DNA from: an uncultured virus (IMG/VR IMGVR_UViG_3300031627_000893)
Lineage: Duplodnaviria > Heunggongvirae > Uroviricota > Caudoviricetes
Length of the DNA: 20,000 nt
IMG/VR virus record: IMGVR_UViG_3300031627_000893
Reading direction: 5' to 3' (one strand)
Position numbers and translations under genes: made by a program. The notes beneath the pieces are model-generated. The model was not told the origin of the DNA. It saw only the letters and a program-made list of their open reading frames with translations, and ran no database searches. Each line of letters starts with the position of its first letter. The stretch's first letter is position 1. Shown here one piece after another: positions 1 through 8,042 of this stretch.

Positions 1-1734
1 GATGACTAACCCGCCAGAACTAATTACTATTCCGCTAGTTATCCCTGATGTTAGGGTTACTGATGGCCCAGAAGGACCGACGTTCCCCTGCTCTCCTTTA
101 TCTCCAGTTCTAGCAAAAGTTATTACTATATTCTCATCGTTATCAAGCGAACTAACACTTCCGTCTATATACGTACAGTTAACTTCAAAGTAGCCAACGT
201 TCTCTGTTATCGAATTTACGACATAAATAACAAACTTATCGCTATCGTCTTCGTGAGATACTTTAAAGTGACCTTTTACCGTGCTGGTGGAATCGTCTAT
301 CGTTCTCAAAAAAGATTGTATATCGTTTGAGTATATATCTTTATCGTCTATATAGAGAGTAGTCGCTAATGCTAAATTAGAGTTATTAAATCTTAGATCC
401 CCTGCTGCTCCACCGGGAGACGGATCAGCATTCGTCGTGCTGGTATCGAACGTATACCGGAAAGAAGCTCCGCCAAAACTGCCCTGTGGGCCAGTCGGCC
501 CAATAGATCCTGTGCTTCCTGTAGGACCGATGCTTCCTCCCGCGCCAACGGAACCTGCGGGACCCGTAATCCCAGTCGCTCCAGAAGGACCAGTCGGGCC
601 AATCGGACCAATAACACCGGAATGACCAGACGGCCCAATAGGACCCGTGACAGTAGAAGATGCTCCCACAAGTCCACTAGCACCAGAGGGTCCGGTTGAG
701 CCAATAGACCCAGCGGGACCAGTAGGCCCAGCGGGACCAGCAGCCCCAACAGGGCCAACGGAACCTGTAACACCAGAAGGCCCAACGGGACCAGCAGGTC
801 CGATAGGTCCAGCCACAGTTGAAGGCGAACCCGTAGCACCGGATGGGCCAGTTAACCCTCTCGGGCCAGTAGGCCCAATAACGCCAGTCGCACCGGAAGG
901 TCCAGTAGATCCTAATGGCCCTATAGGACCTATAGGACCTGTAACACCTAATGGCCCCTGAATTCCTTGAGCTCCTTGAGGTCCTTGAGCTCCTACTCCA
1001 CCAGCAAGACCGACAGGGCCTTGTACTCCACTAGGGCCAGTAGAACCTACGGGGCCAGTAGGCCCAATATCCCCATCGTCTCCTTTATCTCCTTCGGGAC
1101 CAGCAGGGCCGAGAGGACCGATAGGACCGACAGTGCCTTGCGATCCTTGAGGACCTCTCGATCCAGCAGGGCCAGTGACACCAACGGAACCAGTGGGGCC
1201 AACGGACCCGACATTTCCTTGAGATCCTTGAGGCCCAGTTGATCCGCTCGGACCGCTAGAACCAGCGGGTCCAGTGGGTCCAGTTACTCCTATAGCCCCA
1301 GATGGTCCAGCGGGACCAGCGACAGTAGACGCCGTACCTGTTGGGCCTACAGGGCCCGTTAAACCAGTGGCTCCAGATGGGCCAATAGAACCAGCGGGAC
1401 CTACAGGACCCGTAGGCCCTATAGAGCCAATCCCCCCGCTAGGTCCAGTTGGTCCGGTGGGACCTAGACCCGTACCGCGAGGACCCGCAACTCCTGACGG
1501 CCCAGTAAGACCGATGCCGCCTGAAGGTCCGATAGGACCAGTCGGGCCAAGCGGACCTTGAGGACCCTGCACGGGAATAGAAACAGTTGCTGTTTGAGAA
1601 TCAGAAGGACCGATAACGGAAGAGGACGTAGTGGCGACTTGGGTAGTTATAGTCGCCGAATTAGAAGAGCTCGTACTGGTTACGCTCGATAACGCGCCAG
1701 TAGAGATCGTTGCGGTTATAACTTGGTCAGGCAT
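1..1734 (-). CDS. Collagen-like tail/capsid fibre protein (3'-partial, at least 578 aa; not in the supplied ORF track)
   Basis: Translated by hand from the ATG at 1734 (TGATG overlap with the upstream stop) and open to the window edge. [13 protein letters not shown]..., then about 360 aa of Gly-X-Y triplets (1566-481; GPT/GPS/GPI/GPQ), then a globular domain [21 protein letters not shown]...DLRFNN...LYIDDKD...[18 protein letters not shown]...[13 protein letters not shown] of the kind seen in aquatic phage collagen fibres. Confidence 0.9.
   Translation of the reverse strand, partial: MPDQVITATISTGALSSVTSTSSSNSATITTQVATTSSSVIGPSDSQTATVSIPVQGPQGPLGPTGPIGPSGGIGLTGPSGVAGPRGTGLGPTGPTGPSGGIGSIGPTGPVGPAGSIGPSGATGLTGPVGPTGTASTVAGPAGPSGAIGVTGPTGPAGSSGPSGSTGPQGSQGNVGSVGPTGSVGVTGPAGSRGPQGSQGTVGPIGPLGPAGPEGDKGDDGDIGPTGPVGSTGPSGVQGPVGLAGGVGAQGPQGAQGIQGPLGVTGPIGPIGPLGSTGPSGATGVIGPTGPRGLTGPSGATGSPSTVAGPIGPAGPVGPSGVTGSVGPVGAAGPAGPTGPAGSIGSTGPSGASGLVGASSTVTGPIGPSGHSGVIGPIGPTGPSGATGITGPAGSVGAGGSIGPTGSTGSIGPTGPQGSFGGASFRYTFDTSTTNADPSPGGAAGDLRFNNSNLALATTLYIDDKDIYSNDIQSFLRTIDDSTSTVKGHFKVSHEDDSDKFVIYVVNSITENVGYFEVNCTYIDGSVSSLDNDENIVITFARTGDKGEQGNVGPSGPSVTLTSGITSGIVISSGGLVI
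481..1566 (-). repeat. Gly-X-Y collagen triplet repeat (9-nt periodic GGN-CCN-NNN), interrupted three times by an STV(A/T) hinge
   Basis: Periodic ggacc/gggcc/ggtcc on the + strand. This also explains the Pro-rich shadow ORFs on the + strand. Confidence 0.95.
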
Positions 1735-2093
1735 CAGGTGGTTACTTCAGGAGAAACGTTAACTTTGCCTTGCAGGATTCTAGTCACTGTCCCAGCAGCA
1801 TTGTACATTTCCACATCGTAAACACCTTGAATTACTGGTAATGACGCGGTTTGGATTGCGGTCAGATTTATATCAACTAAACCACTAGGAAGAGCAGCAT
1901 AGCTTGGGGCAACTCCACTCACAACATCTGGATCTAAGTCTATTAGAGACCCAGAGTGTCCATATGACATCCTAGCTGTTCCTCTAGTGGTGTAGCCGCT
2001 CAGGTTAATAGCGTTGGAATCAGAATCCTTGACTGCGACTCTTGCTGAATAAGTAGCTCCTTGTACAATATCGAGATTAGCGGACGTAGCCAT
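1734..2093 (-). CDS. Fibre-attachment/adaptor virion protein (LtfC/p132- or BppU-N-like beta-sandwich)
   Basis: 119 aa with [10 protein letters not shown]...INLSGYT...YDVEM...[14 protein letters not shown], a pattern typical of small adaptors encoded next to fibre genes. Translationally coupled to the collagen gene. Confidence 0.65.
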   Translation of the reverse strand: MATSANLDIVQGATYSARVAVKDSDSNAINLSGYTTRGTARMSYGHSGSLIDLDPDVVSGVAPSYAALPSGLVDINLTAIQTASLPVIQGVYDVEMYNAAGTVTRILQGKVNVSPEVTT

Positions 2094-2105
2094 GTCATTT
2101 TTAAA

Positions 2106-2112
2106 TTACACT
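2106..2112 (-). promoter_or_regulatory. AGTGTAA motif (putative phage promoter)
   Basis: TTACACT on +, 12 nt before the ATG at 2093 and just downstream of a terminator-like hairpin. Confidence 0.65.
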
Positions 2113-2136
2113 TTTTCCCCTTGAAAATCTTCCAAT

Positions 2137-2174
2137 AAAAACAAAACCGCCAAGAACTTTACTCCTCGACGGTT
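2137..2174 (-). terminator. Probable intrinsic terminator
   Basis: Minus strand AACCGTCGAGGA-GTAAAG-TTCTTGGCGGTT (stem with G-U pairs) followed by TTGTTTTT, downstream of the 2209-2601 gene. Confidence 0.55.
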
Positions 2175-2208
2175 CGTGTTGTGAAATGTTTATTAGAGTT
2201 TTATCAAA

Positions 2209-2601
2209 CTAACTGCCTTCCCGAAGGATTCTTTTCACTGTATCGCTTGGCTCTATATCGTCTTTATTCTCAATAGGAGTAGAAAATTGGCCAACATGCC
2301 GCGCAAATTCCCTAATGCACCTTTTTGTCAAGATGCCCCTGTCATCGACAGGAATGAGCCCTACTTTAGTAGCGTGAACATGCAACTCGCTTTTGGCCAT
2401 TCCTCCCAAAGTTTTTTCATATTCACTCTGATCTAGAGTGCCGTATTTCGACGACCCATCAGATCCCCAGATTTGCTCTAGGGAAGTAGGCTGAAATTCC
2501 TCTGGCTTATCAACCTTTCCGTGAGTTTGATTCAATTCGTCTATTTTTGTTGGTTTAGAAGCTTTAGCCGTGCTTTTTTTAGGTTTTTTTCTAGAAGTCA
2601 T
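2209..2601 (-). CDS. Hypothetical protein after the capsid gene (130 aa, basic N-terminus, possible Rho-N/HeH-like helical motif)
   Basis: The likely start is MTSRKKPKK at 2601, with purine-rich AGGGAAAAGG upstream, rather than 2661, which abuts the terminator. MAKSELHVHATKVGL resembles helix-extension-helix motifs. Confidence 0.65.
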   Translation of the reverse strand: MTSRKKPKKSTAKASKPTKIDELNQTHGKVDKPEEFQPTSLEQIWGSDGSSKYGTLDQSEYEKTLGGMAKSELHVHATKVGLIPVDDRGILTKRCIREFARHVGQFSTPIENKDDIEPSDTVKRILREGS

Positions 2602-2661
2602 AATCTTGCCTTTTCCCTGTACTCTCTCTTTATAGTACCCTGAAAGAATAAAAAAAAACAT

Positions 2662-2689
2662 AAAAAAAAGCCTCCCCGAAGGGAGGCTT
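2662..2689 (-). terminator. Intrinsic terminator after the major capsid gene
   Basis: Minus strand AAGCCTCCC-TTCG-GGGAGGCTT plus a T-run: a perfect 9-bp stem with a cUUCGg tetraloop, about 20 nt after the capsid stop. Confidence 0.93.
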
Positions 2690-2708
2690 GTGATTTTTTT
2701 CGTTATGA

Positions 2709-3845
2709 TTAGACGACAACGCCGACAATCGCACGAGCGTCGATACAGACACGACCCTCTTCCATGTAGCCCCAGAAGCCAGTCTTCTCATGACGAGAAA
2801 GGAACTGGTCATCAGGCTGAGCGGTGAACGTGCCACCAGTCTCAGACTGTTGAGCAACCGGACGGATGAAGGCATCGCGAGAGGCATCCACACCCACAAT
2901 AATCTCGTCGGTAGCAGCAAACGCTGAACCGCCAGAGGATGGGAACGTGGTAGAACCAGCGAAAGTATCAAACAAGGTGTTGTACTTCTGTCCAACTCCG
3001 AGTTCGTGAACTTCGCTAATAGCCATGCCGTAGAGCTCTTGAGCTCCAGCACCATTCCAGATGCCATCACGGATACTATCCGATAGAGCGATACCAGTGC
3101 TATCCTTATCGGCAGTGCCGACAGCCGCACGAGTATTCATCGGTTGGTAAACGAACGCACGGATTTGCTCCATGATTTCAGGACTTACGAATAAGTCAGT
3201 AAGACCACGGGTTTCAGCAGGAGTGCCACCAGCAAAAGACTGGTTGAGACGCTTGTGAAGGGTCATCAGTCTGTTAAGCTCGTCTAGAGTAAAGACGTTA
3301 TCCGTAACGGCCTGAATACCATGATTCAGAGCACCGGAAGCGGAACTAGCTTTACCGTCCTTTGTAGACGCCTCGGCCAAAGCTTTCATCACGACAGCCC
3401 AAGCATTACGCTCTTGCTTAACAAGAACTTCTTGAGCCATACGTTCAACGGCTTTACCGACAACGTCCAAACGACCACGACGAGCATACTTTTTGAGAAA
3501 GGAGACTGCGCTATCGAGACGATAGGTAGCAATTTTCATTTCCTTCATGCCTTCAACTTGTGAGCTCGGTAGGCCACCAGCCATACCTTGACTCCAAGTC
3601 TTAACAAGACCAGCATCTTCGTTGTAGTACAAATCAAGAGGATAGCTAGGGCTATCATCTTCGTCATAATTTACATCGCTGTAAATAGCACCAGCCGTAG
3701 CAGCTTGAGCGATCACCTTTTGGATCACAGGACCAATAAAAGCCGCGAAAGCCTGAGTGGCTTGTCTCGACGCTTCAAGGTCTTTGGAGCCCATCGCTTT
3801 GATGAGCTCAACCTGCTTGGGAGTATTCTTTAATTTCAAGTTCAT
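2709..3845 (-). CDS. Major capsid protein (probable HK97 fold)
   Basis: 378 aa. Canonical position after protease/scaffold and decoration genes, GGAG SD, strong terminator after it. Contains a spine-helix-like DVVGKAVERMAQEVLVKQERNAWAVVMKA, LTDLFVSPE, and a C-terminal GFWGYMEEGRVCIDARAIVGVVV. Confidence 0.85.
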   Translation of the reverse strand: MNLKLKNTPKQVELIKAMGSKDLEASRQATQAFAAFIGPVIQKVIAQAATAGAIYSDVNYDEDDSPSYPLDLYYNEDAGLVKTWSQGMAGGLPSSQVEGMKEMKIATYRLDSAVSFLKKYARRGRLDVVGKAVERMAQEVLVKQERNAWAVVMKALAEASTKDGKASSASGALNHGIQAVTDNVFTLDELNRLMTLHKRLNQSFAGGTPAETRGLTDLFVSPEIMEQIRAFVYQPMNTRAAVGTADKDSTGIALSDSIRDGIWNGAGAQELYGMAISEVHELGVGQKYNTLFDTFAGSTTFPSSGGSAFAATDEIIVGVDASRDAFIRPVAQQSETGGTFTAQPDDQFLSRHEKTGFWGYMEEGRVCIDARAIVGVVV

Positions 3846-3865
3846 TTTAAAATTCTCCGATTATA

Positions 3866-4408
3866 TTAGAGGTTGAGTTTAATGAGAACGTCTCCGTTGT
3901 CGTCTTTAGTCCCGAGGAACTTACCGACTGCAACAGTACCGTCCGATACATTAGTGAACAATCCACTATTATGGCAGTAAGCTTTCGATCCAGGAGTGAT
4001 AGTACCACCTTGCTGGTTCACACCGTTCACCAAGAAGATTCCCTTGGTTGCGATAGGAACAGCTTGGCCACTGACCACTACGTTCATTTCGGCAGCTTTC
4101 TGCGGGTTATAGATTAGTTTCTCGCCGTTCTCGTCTGTTTCAGCAACGCCGTAAAGAAGCATACCTACGGGAGTGTCACCAGAGGTGGCATTCTCGCAAA
4201 GAGCAGCAACGTTATAACGCTGGGAAATGACGTTCCCGGGAGCGAAGTCAGAAACTCCATGAGCGAGACCAAGCTCGTCCGTAGATTCCCAACCAGCAGT
4301 TGACTTCACTTTGACAAGTGTTGCCTTGTCAGCGGAAGAACCATCGAATGCAAAGAGATTGATGACATCATGCTCATCATAGTCTCTAAAGGGTTTAAGA
4401 TTTGGCAT
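3866..4408 (-). CDS. Probable capsid decoration/cement protein
   Basis: 180 aa, Gly/Ala-rich beta-type sequence (PVGMLLY...SGQAVPIATKGIF...AVGKFLG...VLIKLNL) between scaffold and capsid genes, with a GGAG SD. Confidence 0.65.
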   Translation of the reverse strand: MPNLKPFRDYDEHDVINLFAFDGSSADKATLVKVKSTAGWESTDELGLAHGVSDFAPGNVISQRYNVAALCENATSGDTPVGMLLYGVAETDENGEKLIYNPQKAAEMNVVVSGQAVPIATKGIFLVNGVNQQGGTITPGSKAYCHNSGLFTNVSDGTVAVGKFLGTKDDNGDVLIKLNL

Positions 4409-4435
4409 CTTTTTATTTCTCCAATTTAGTTTTTA

Positions 4436-5110
4436 TTATAGTTTGATATCAAAGCCATCTACAGAGAAAGCGTCTTGATATTTGTCCATTAGCGAAGCTT
4501 CTTCCGAAACAGAGTTCGGGACTTCAGTGTTCTCTTCGGCTACCGTAGAATCCAAAGCTTCTTCAACTTCGTTCACGGGCTCCTCAGGGGTCACCTCAGG
4601 CAATTCTTCTGAACTAGCAGTCGCCACAGATTCCTCTGCAACCTCGGCTTGTCCTTCAGATTTTTCAGCAACAGACGCAATGATTTCCTTATCCTTCGCA
4701 ATCATAAGTACTTTCATTTTTTCCACGTATGCGGCAAAATTATTGTCGTCCAAGTCTTTAATGTCGGAAGCAAGAAGCTCACGATCACCATCGTTAAGCT
4801 CGAACTTCTCGTCTAAAAGACTCATTCTTTCGGTAAATCTTTCTTCGGCGGCTTTCGCTTCTTTTTCGGCAACGATAGAGTCCAAATCAGACTTGATTTT
4901 ATCGAAATCGGTTTTGAGCGTATTATGCTCTTTAACCAGAGTTTCGTGTTTTGCGTTAGCAGCTTCAGCAGCCTCTTCAAGAGCGGATTTTTCGTCCGCG
5001 TATTTCTCAGAGGCGTCTTTCAACTGCTCTTGAATATAATCAGTGACAGCAGCAGCTTTCAATTGCTGCATACTCTCATCAGTTATGTCGTTGAGGCTTT
5101 CTATTTTCAT
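4436..5110 (-). CDS. Nested in-frame scaffold protein (224 aa, internal start Met278)
   Basis: The in-frame ATG at 5110 (MKIESLNDITDE...) is preceded by TAGGGAAACAATC (SD-like) and an AT-rich linker containing AATGTAA. Confidence 0.6.
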   Translation of the reverse strand: MKIESLNDITDESMQQLKAAAVTDYIQEQLKDASEKYADEKSALEEAAEAANAKHETLVKEHNTLKTDFDKIKSDLDSIVAEKEAKAAEERFTERMSLLDEKFELNDGDRELLASDIKDLDDNNFAAYVEKMKVLMIAKDKEIIASVAEKSEGQAEVAEESVATASSEELPEVTPEEPVNEVEEALDSTVAEENTEVPNSVSEEASLMDKYQDAFSVDGFDIKL

Positions 5111-5941
5111 GATTGTTTCCCTATACAGGTTATTTTCTATTACATTGATACTATTAGATTGTGAAATTTTTTCGGTTTTTTCTTCTTTAGAGTCAGGCTG
5201 GACCTCAATCTTAACAGCCACTCCTATAACTTCAGCCGCAGGAGATTCAGTCAGTCCAATGCCTAAGGGCAGTACTTTCCCTGTGACTTTCCTATGAACT
5301 TCTGTCGTCTTATTTATGACTCCTGATCCGCCAAGAGCTTTGAGATGCTCTCTAATAGAGTCCATTTCATTTTGATCGGTGACTACAGTCGCGTCTTCTA
5401 AATTCTTGTTTCCTATAGCTGACGTGACCAATTCGTACTGATTAAATCCTAGCTCCCAACTAGCACTAATAGACTGATAATGCTCACTAGAAGGGTCACT
5501 GGCGTCTTCGATCATGTTCGTTAGCGTGTTATTAACGATCTTCCAAACCACTCCGCCGAGAGTTATATTAAATGGGAATCGTCCGCCTTTTACTTCCTCT
5601 TCGGTTAAAGGCTTGTCTGTTCCGAATTCGCTGTAGCCAACCGACAGGATAGTACCCACAACTCTATCCCTTTGGTGCTCTAGGTTTATTGGCTTGTTAA
5701 TAAAATTGTTAGCCATGGAGATAGCTGTATTAGCGTCAACTGCGTCTCCGTTTTTATTAATCCTATTTACAACACATGCGTTAAAGGCTATTGGGAGCAG
5801 ATCAACGTTAGCTTCTGTATCTATGTCCGGCACAAAACTTCCGATATCGACTAAACTAGCTAAAGCTAAGTACTTATCTTTGTCTTCAGCCACAAGAGCT
5901 TTAACGTTTGAACTAAAAGAAGTAATAAATTCGAATTTCAT
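4436..5941 (-). CDS. Prohead maturation protease fused to an acidic coiled-coil scaffold
   Basis: The N-terminal ~245 aa carry assemblin/HK97-protease-like motifs (NKNGD, FINKPINLEH, SISASWEL, LGIGLTESPA). The C-terminal ~225 aa are Glu/Ala/Lys-rich heptads. TAATG coupling to the upstream gene. Confidence 0.8.
   Translation of the reverse strand: MKFEFITSFSSNVKALVAEDKDKYLALASLVDIGSFVPDIDTEANVDLLPIAFNACVVNRINKNGDAVDANTAISMANNFINKPINLEHQRDRVVGTILSVGYSEFGTDKPLTEEEVKGGRFPFNITLGGVVWKIVNNTLTNMIEDASDPSSEHYQSISASWELGFNQYELVTSAIGNKNLEDATVVTDQNEMDSIREHLKALGGSGVINKTTEVHRKVTGKVLPLGIGLTESPAAEVIGVAVKIEVQPDSKEEKTEKISQSNSINVIENNLYRETIMKIESLNDITDESMQQLKAAAVTDYIQEQLKDASEKYADEKSALEEAAEAANAKHETLVKEHNTLKTDFDKIKSDLDSIVAEKEAKAAEERFTERMSLLDEKFELNDGDRELLASDIKDLDDNNFAAYVEKMKVLMIAKDKEIIASVAEKSEGQAEVAEESVATASSEELPEVTPEEPVNEVEEALDSTVAEENTEVPNSVSEEASLMDKYQDAFSVDGFDIKL
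5140..5146 (-). promoter_or_regulatory. AATGTAA, a one-mismatch variant of the AGTGTAA motif (putative internal promoter)
   Basis: TTACATT on +, 29 nt before the internal scaffold ATG, within an AT-rich patch of the protease CDS. Confidence 0.45.
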
Positions 5942-6231
5942 TATTTGCTCACAGTCGTGTTCATTGTTAGGTAGGTTGCTGAAACATTTCCAGCGGTACT
6001 ATAAATAGCAGTGTTTTCCTCTATGGCTATAGGCGCGTTAAGGGCTATAGCTCCTGCGGGGATGTGAATGATTACGGCTCCTGCCGAGTTGGTTTTCTTG
6101 AGGGTCGTGGCTGCTGAAGCCATCAAGTCCACAAGAACGTATGACTTACCCGCACCCGGTGCGCTTAACAATTCTCCAGCACCCGCTACGTTAGCTACTG
6201 GCAATACTCTTCCTCTATAATTAGTGCTCAT
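5941..6231 (-). CDS. Small Ala/Gly-rich beta-type protein, possibly a virion component
   Basis: 96 aa ORF coupled on both sides (ATGA overlap at 6228-6231, TAATG at 5939-5943). Function inferred only from composition and position. Confidence 0.6.
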   Translation of the reverse strand: MSTNYRGRVLPVANVAGAGELLSAPGAGKSYVLVDLMASAATTLKKTNSAGAVIIHIPAGAIALNAPIAIEENTAIYSTAGNVSATYLTMNTTVSK

Positions 6232-6827
6232 TTTAAGTAGATCCTGTGATCCTCCTGATCATCCACTATGTAGAGATCAGAAAGAGAATTAAACTCGTAC
6301 TCTAGATTTAAGTCTTCGATTTGATTTTTTGCTATTCTGAAATCAACGTCTTCAGGCTGATCCCCACTAGCCCCTTCGGATTTGTTCCTTAGGTAGTGAT
6401 TTACACAGGCAAAGCACAGAACTGTCTTTTTTTTGCCTATAATTTTATGTTCTTCACAATATAACGCTGCTTGTACGAAACATTCTTTTATTTTGTTTGA
6501 GAAAACTTTTTTACCAGAGTTCTCATAATTGAACTTTTTCATCAATTTCTGAAAGGCAACTATAAGCTTTTTCGAGAATTCGATGCACTCTTCGTCTGAT
6601 TTTAATACAGGGAAAGAAGATTCTATAGCCGTCTTCTCTTCTGCCGCTTCAACCGCTTTTTCTTCTGGCTTGGGTTCAACGATCTCCGCTTTCTCCTCGA
6701 CTTGTTCTGAGCACTCTTTTTCTTTAAGCTTTTTATATAGGTCGAGATACTTTTCTTTTTGAGAGAAAGATATGGACGATCCTTTATAGATCTTCAATAA
6801 GTCTGATGTGTTCGTCTTTTTCGCCAT
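6228..6827 (-). CDS. Hypothetical protein (199 aa)
   Basis: Long ORF with a Glu/Lys-rich linker, preceded by the AGTGTAA motif and overlapping the next start. No family recognised. Confidence 0.75.
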   Translation of the reverse strand: MAKKTNTSDLLKIYKGSSISFSQKEKYLDLYKKLKEKECSEQVEEKAEIVEPKPEEKAVEAAEEKTAIESSFPVLKSDEECIEFSKKLIVAFQKLMKKFNYENSGKKVFSNKIKECFVQAALYCEEHKIIGKKKTVLCFACVNHYLRNKSEGASGDQPEDVDFRIAKNQIEDLNLEYEFNSLSDLYIVDDQEDHRIYLK

Positions 6828-6841
6828 GTTCCCGACAAAGT

Positions 6842-6848
6842 TTACACT
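6842..6848 (-). promoter_or_regulatory. AGTGTAA motif (putative phage promoter)
   Basis: TTACACT on +, 14 nt before the ATG at 6827. Confidence 0.65.
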
Positions 6849-6883
6849 TCAATTAAGCAAAACCCTTTAACTTTTTTGGAGTC

Positions 6884-7201
6884 TTATGTTTTTTTTTGTT
6901 TTTTAGAAGAAGCTCTTTTAGGGGCTGCTTTTTTTGAAGCTGTTTTTTTTTCGACCGTTTTTTTCGGCGCAGCTTTCTTGGAGGAGGACTTCTTCGTGGG
7001 TTTCCTGACTGGTTTACGAGTGGACGCCTTTTTACCTACCTTTGCACGAAGCGTATCTTCACGATATTGATGATCGATTTCTGGTCTGTCTTCATTGCCT
7101 TTTATAAAGTCTTTGAGTATTTGGCAGATCATCCAAGCAATGAGCGTTACTAGGATCACACCTAAGTAATACATTACTAATTGAAACCAATCTAAGCTCA
7201 T
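6884..7201 (-). CDS. Single-pass membrane protein with a histone H1-like Lys/Ala/Pro-rich C-terminal tail
   Basis: Hydrophobic LVMYYLGVILVTLIAWMICQIL, then KKASTRKPVRKPTKKSSSKKAAPKKTVEKKTASKKAAPKRASSKKQKKT. Purine-rich GAGGG directly upstream. Confidence 0.75.
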   Translation of the reverse strand: MSLDWFQLVMYYLGVILVTLIAWMICQILKDFIKGNEDRPEIDHQYREDTLRAKVGKKASTRKPVRKPTKKSSSKKAAPKKTVEKKTASKKAAPKRASSKKQKKT

Positions 7202-7214
7202 CCCTCATCTCTCT

Positions 7215-7433
7215 TTAGTCTTGAGGAAGTCCACCCGCATACCATCCCTCTGGAAGTTTGACTTTATTCTTCGAGAGAATCCATTCCCCATCTTTGAGGA
7301 CGTATACTTTTCCAGAGGGAAAATCAGGGCCTATCCTAATTAATTGAGATTGCGTATCCACGAAAACTACGCGGGTTGACCCACAGCCTACGAGTAGTAA
7401 ACTAACCAGAGTTAGAATTGCTATCTTCTTCAT
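7215..7433 (-). CDS. Lipoprotein, possible o-spanin (Rz1-like)
   Basis: MKK + hydrophobic stretch + lipobox LVG-C. Overlaps the 3' end of the upstream gene by 32 nt and lies in a membrane-protein cassette. Confidence 0.7.
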   Translation of the reverse strand: MKKIAILTLVSLLLVGCGSTRVVFVDTQSQLIRIGPDFPSGKVYVLKDGEWILSKNKVKLPEGWYAGGLPQD

Positions 7434-7698
7434 TTTTTCGCTTTCTTACTTCTGCTTTTAGCCGCTGTTCCCAGAAATTTAGAGGTTCTTTCTTTTCAGT
7501 TGCGTCCTTTTCTAAGACCAACTTCTTCGGAGCGGCCTTCTCGCTTTTCGATTCAGCCTCTTGCTCTTCTATTCGTCTACGCCATTTGTCTTTGAGGCTT
7601 TGCGGAGTAGCATCAGCGTCACTCGCCTTAGTGTCCTTCTTCACTTCTGAAGAAAGCCATTCTAAGAGAGCTTTAAATAACGCTGACAACCACGCCAT
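7402..7698 (-). CDS. Hypothetical protein with an N-terminal amphipathic helix and a charged helical body (i-spanin position)
   Basis: MAWLSALFKALLEWLSS, then a highly charged region. Lies between the holin-like gene and the overlapping lipoprotein. Confidence 0.55.
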   Translation of the reverse strand: MAWLSALFKALLEWLSSEVKKDTKASDADATPQSLKDKWRRRIEEQEAESKSEKAAPKKLVLEKDATEKKEPLNFWEQRLKAEVRKRKNEEDSNSNSG

Positions 7699-7702
7699 AG
7701 TA

Positions 7703-7918
7703 TTAACCTTGTTTTTTGGCCATACCTCTGGAAATGGTATACCCTAAAGCTGCGGCTGCTGAACAGACGAATCCGAATACTTTATCCGCGCCTGTTGCCC
7801 CCTCCGGGTCCACGAGACCTGCTCCCCATGCGAGTGACGCTAAAGTCACGCAAACTGTGACCCAAAATTCGGTGCTCTTATAACCTGGTTTTGCTTCTTC
7901 TTTTTTACTAGTAGCCAT
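7703..7918 (-). CDS. Holin-like small two-TM membrane protein
   Basis: 71 aa with KPGYKSTEFW, two hydrophobic helices and a basic C-terminus YTISRGMAKKQG, which is the class II holin-like layout. Confidence 0.6.
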   Translation of the reverse strand: MATSKKEEAKPGYKSTEFWVTVCVTLASLAWGAGLVDPEGATGADKVFGFVCSAAAALGYTISRGMAKKQG

Positions 7919-8042
7919 AATGTTTTATTGTATTTATTGTTTAACTAGAGAAATAAGACAAATCAGGTCCAGTTTCTCGTTTCGGACTTTTTGAGTCCAA
8001 AAGTATTATTCGCTAATGTCTAAATAAATCTAAATTTTTATA

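Noticed and set aside
2..1561. Pro-, Leu- or Ser/Arg-rich track ORFs (2-193, 393-839, 437-625, 647-961, 967-1242, 1274-1561)
   Set aside because: Antisense or off-frame shadows of the collagen gene caused by GGN-CCN periodicity.
2630..3130. 166-aa minus-strand ORF overlapping the capsid 3' end (possible frameshift extension)
   Set aside because: It runs through the terminator, adds only about 26 low-complexity codons past the capsid stop, and I saw no convincing slippery site.
6142..6165. SAPGAGKS resembling a Walker A motif in the 96-aa protein
   Set aside because: It does not fit [AG]x4GK[ST], there is no Walker B, and the protein is too small for a P-loop NTPase.
7960..8003. GGAC...GTCC-GAAAC on the minus strand resembling hammerhead ribozyme stem II
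   Set aside because: The required CUGANGA core is absent 5' of the stem.
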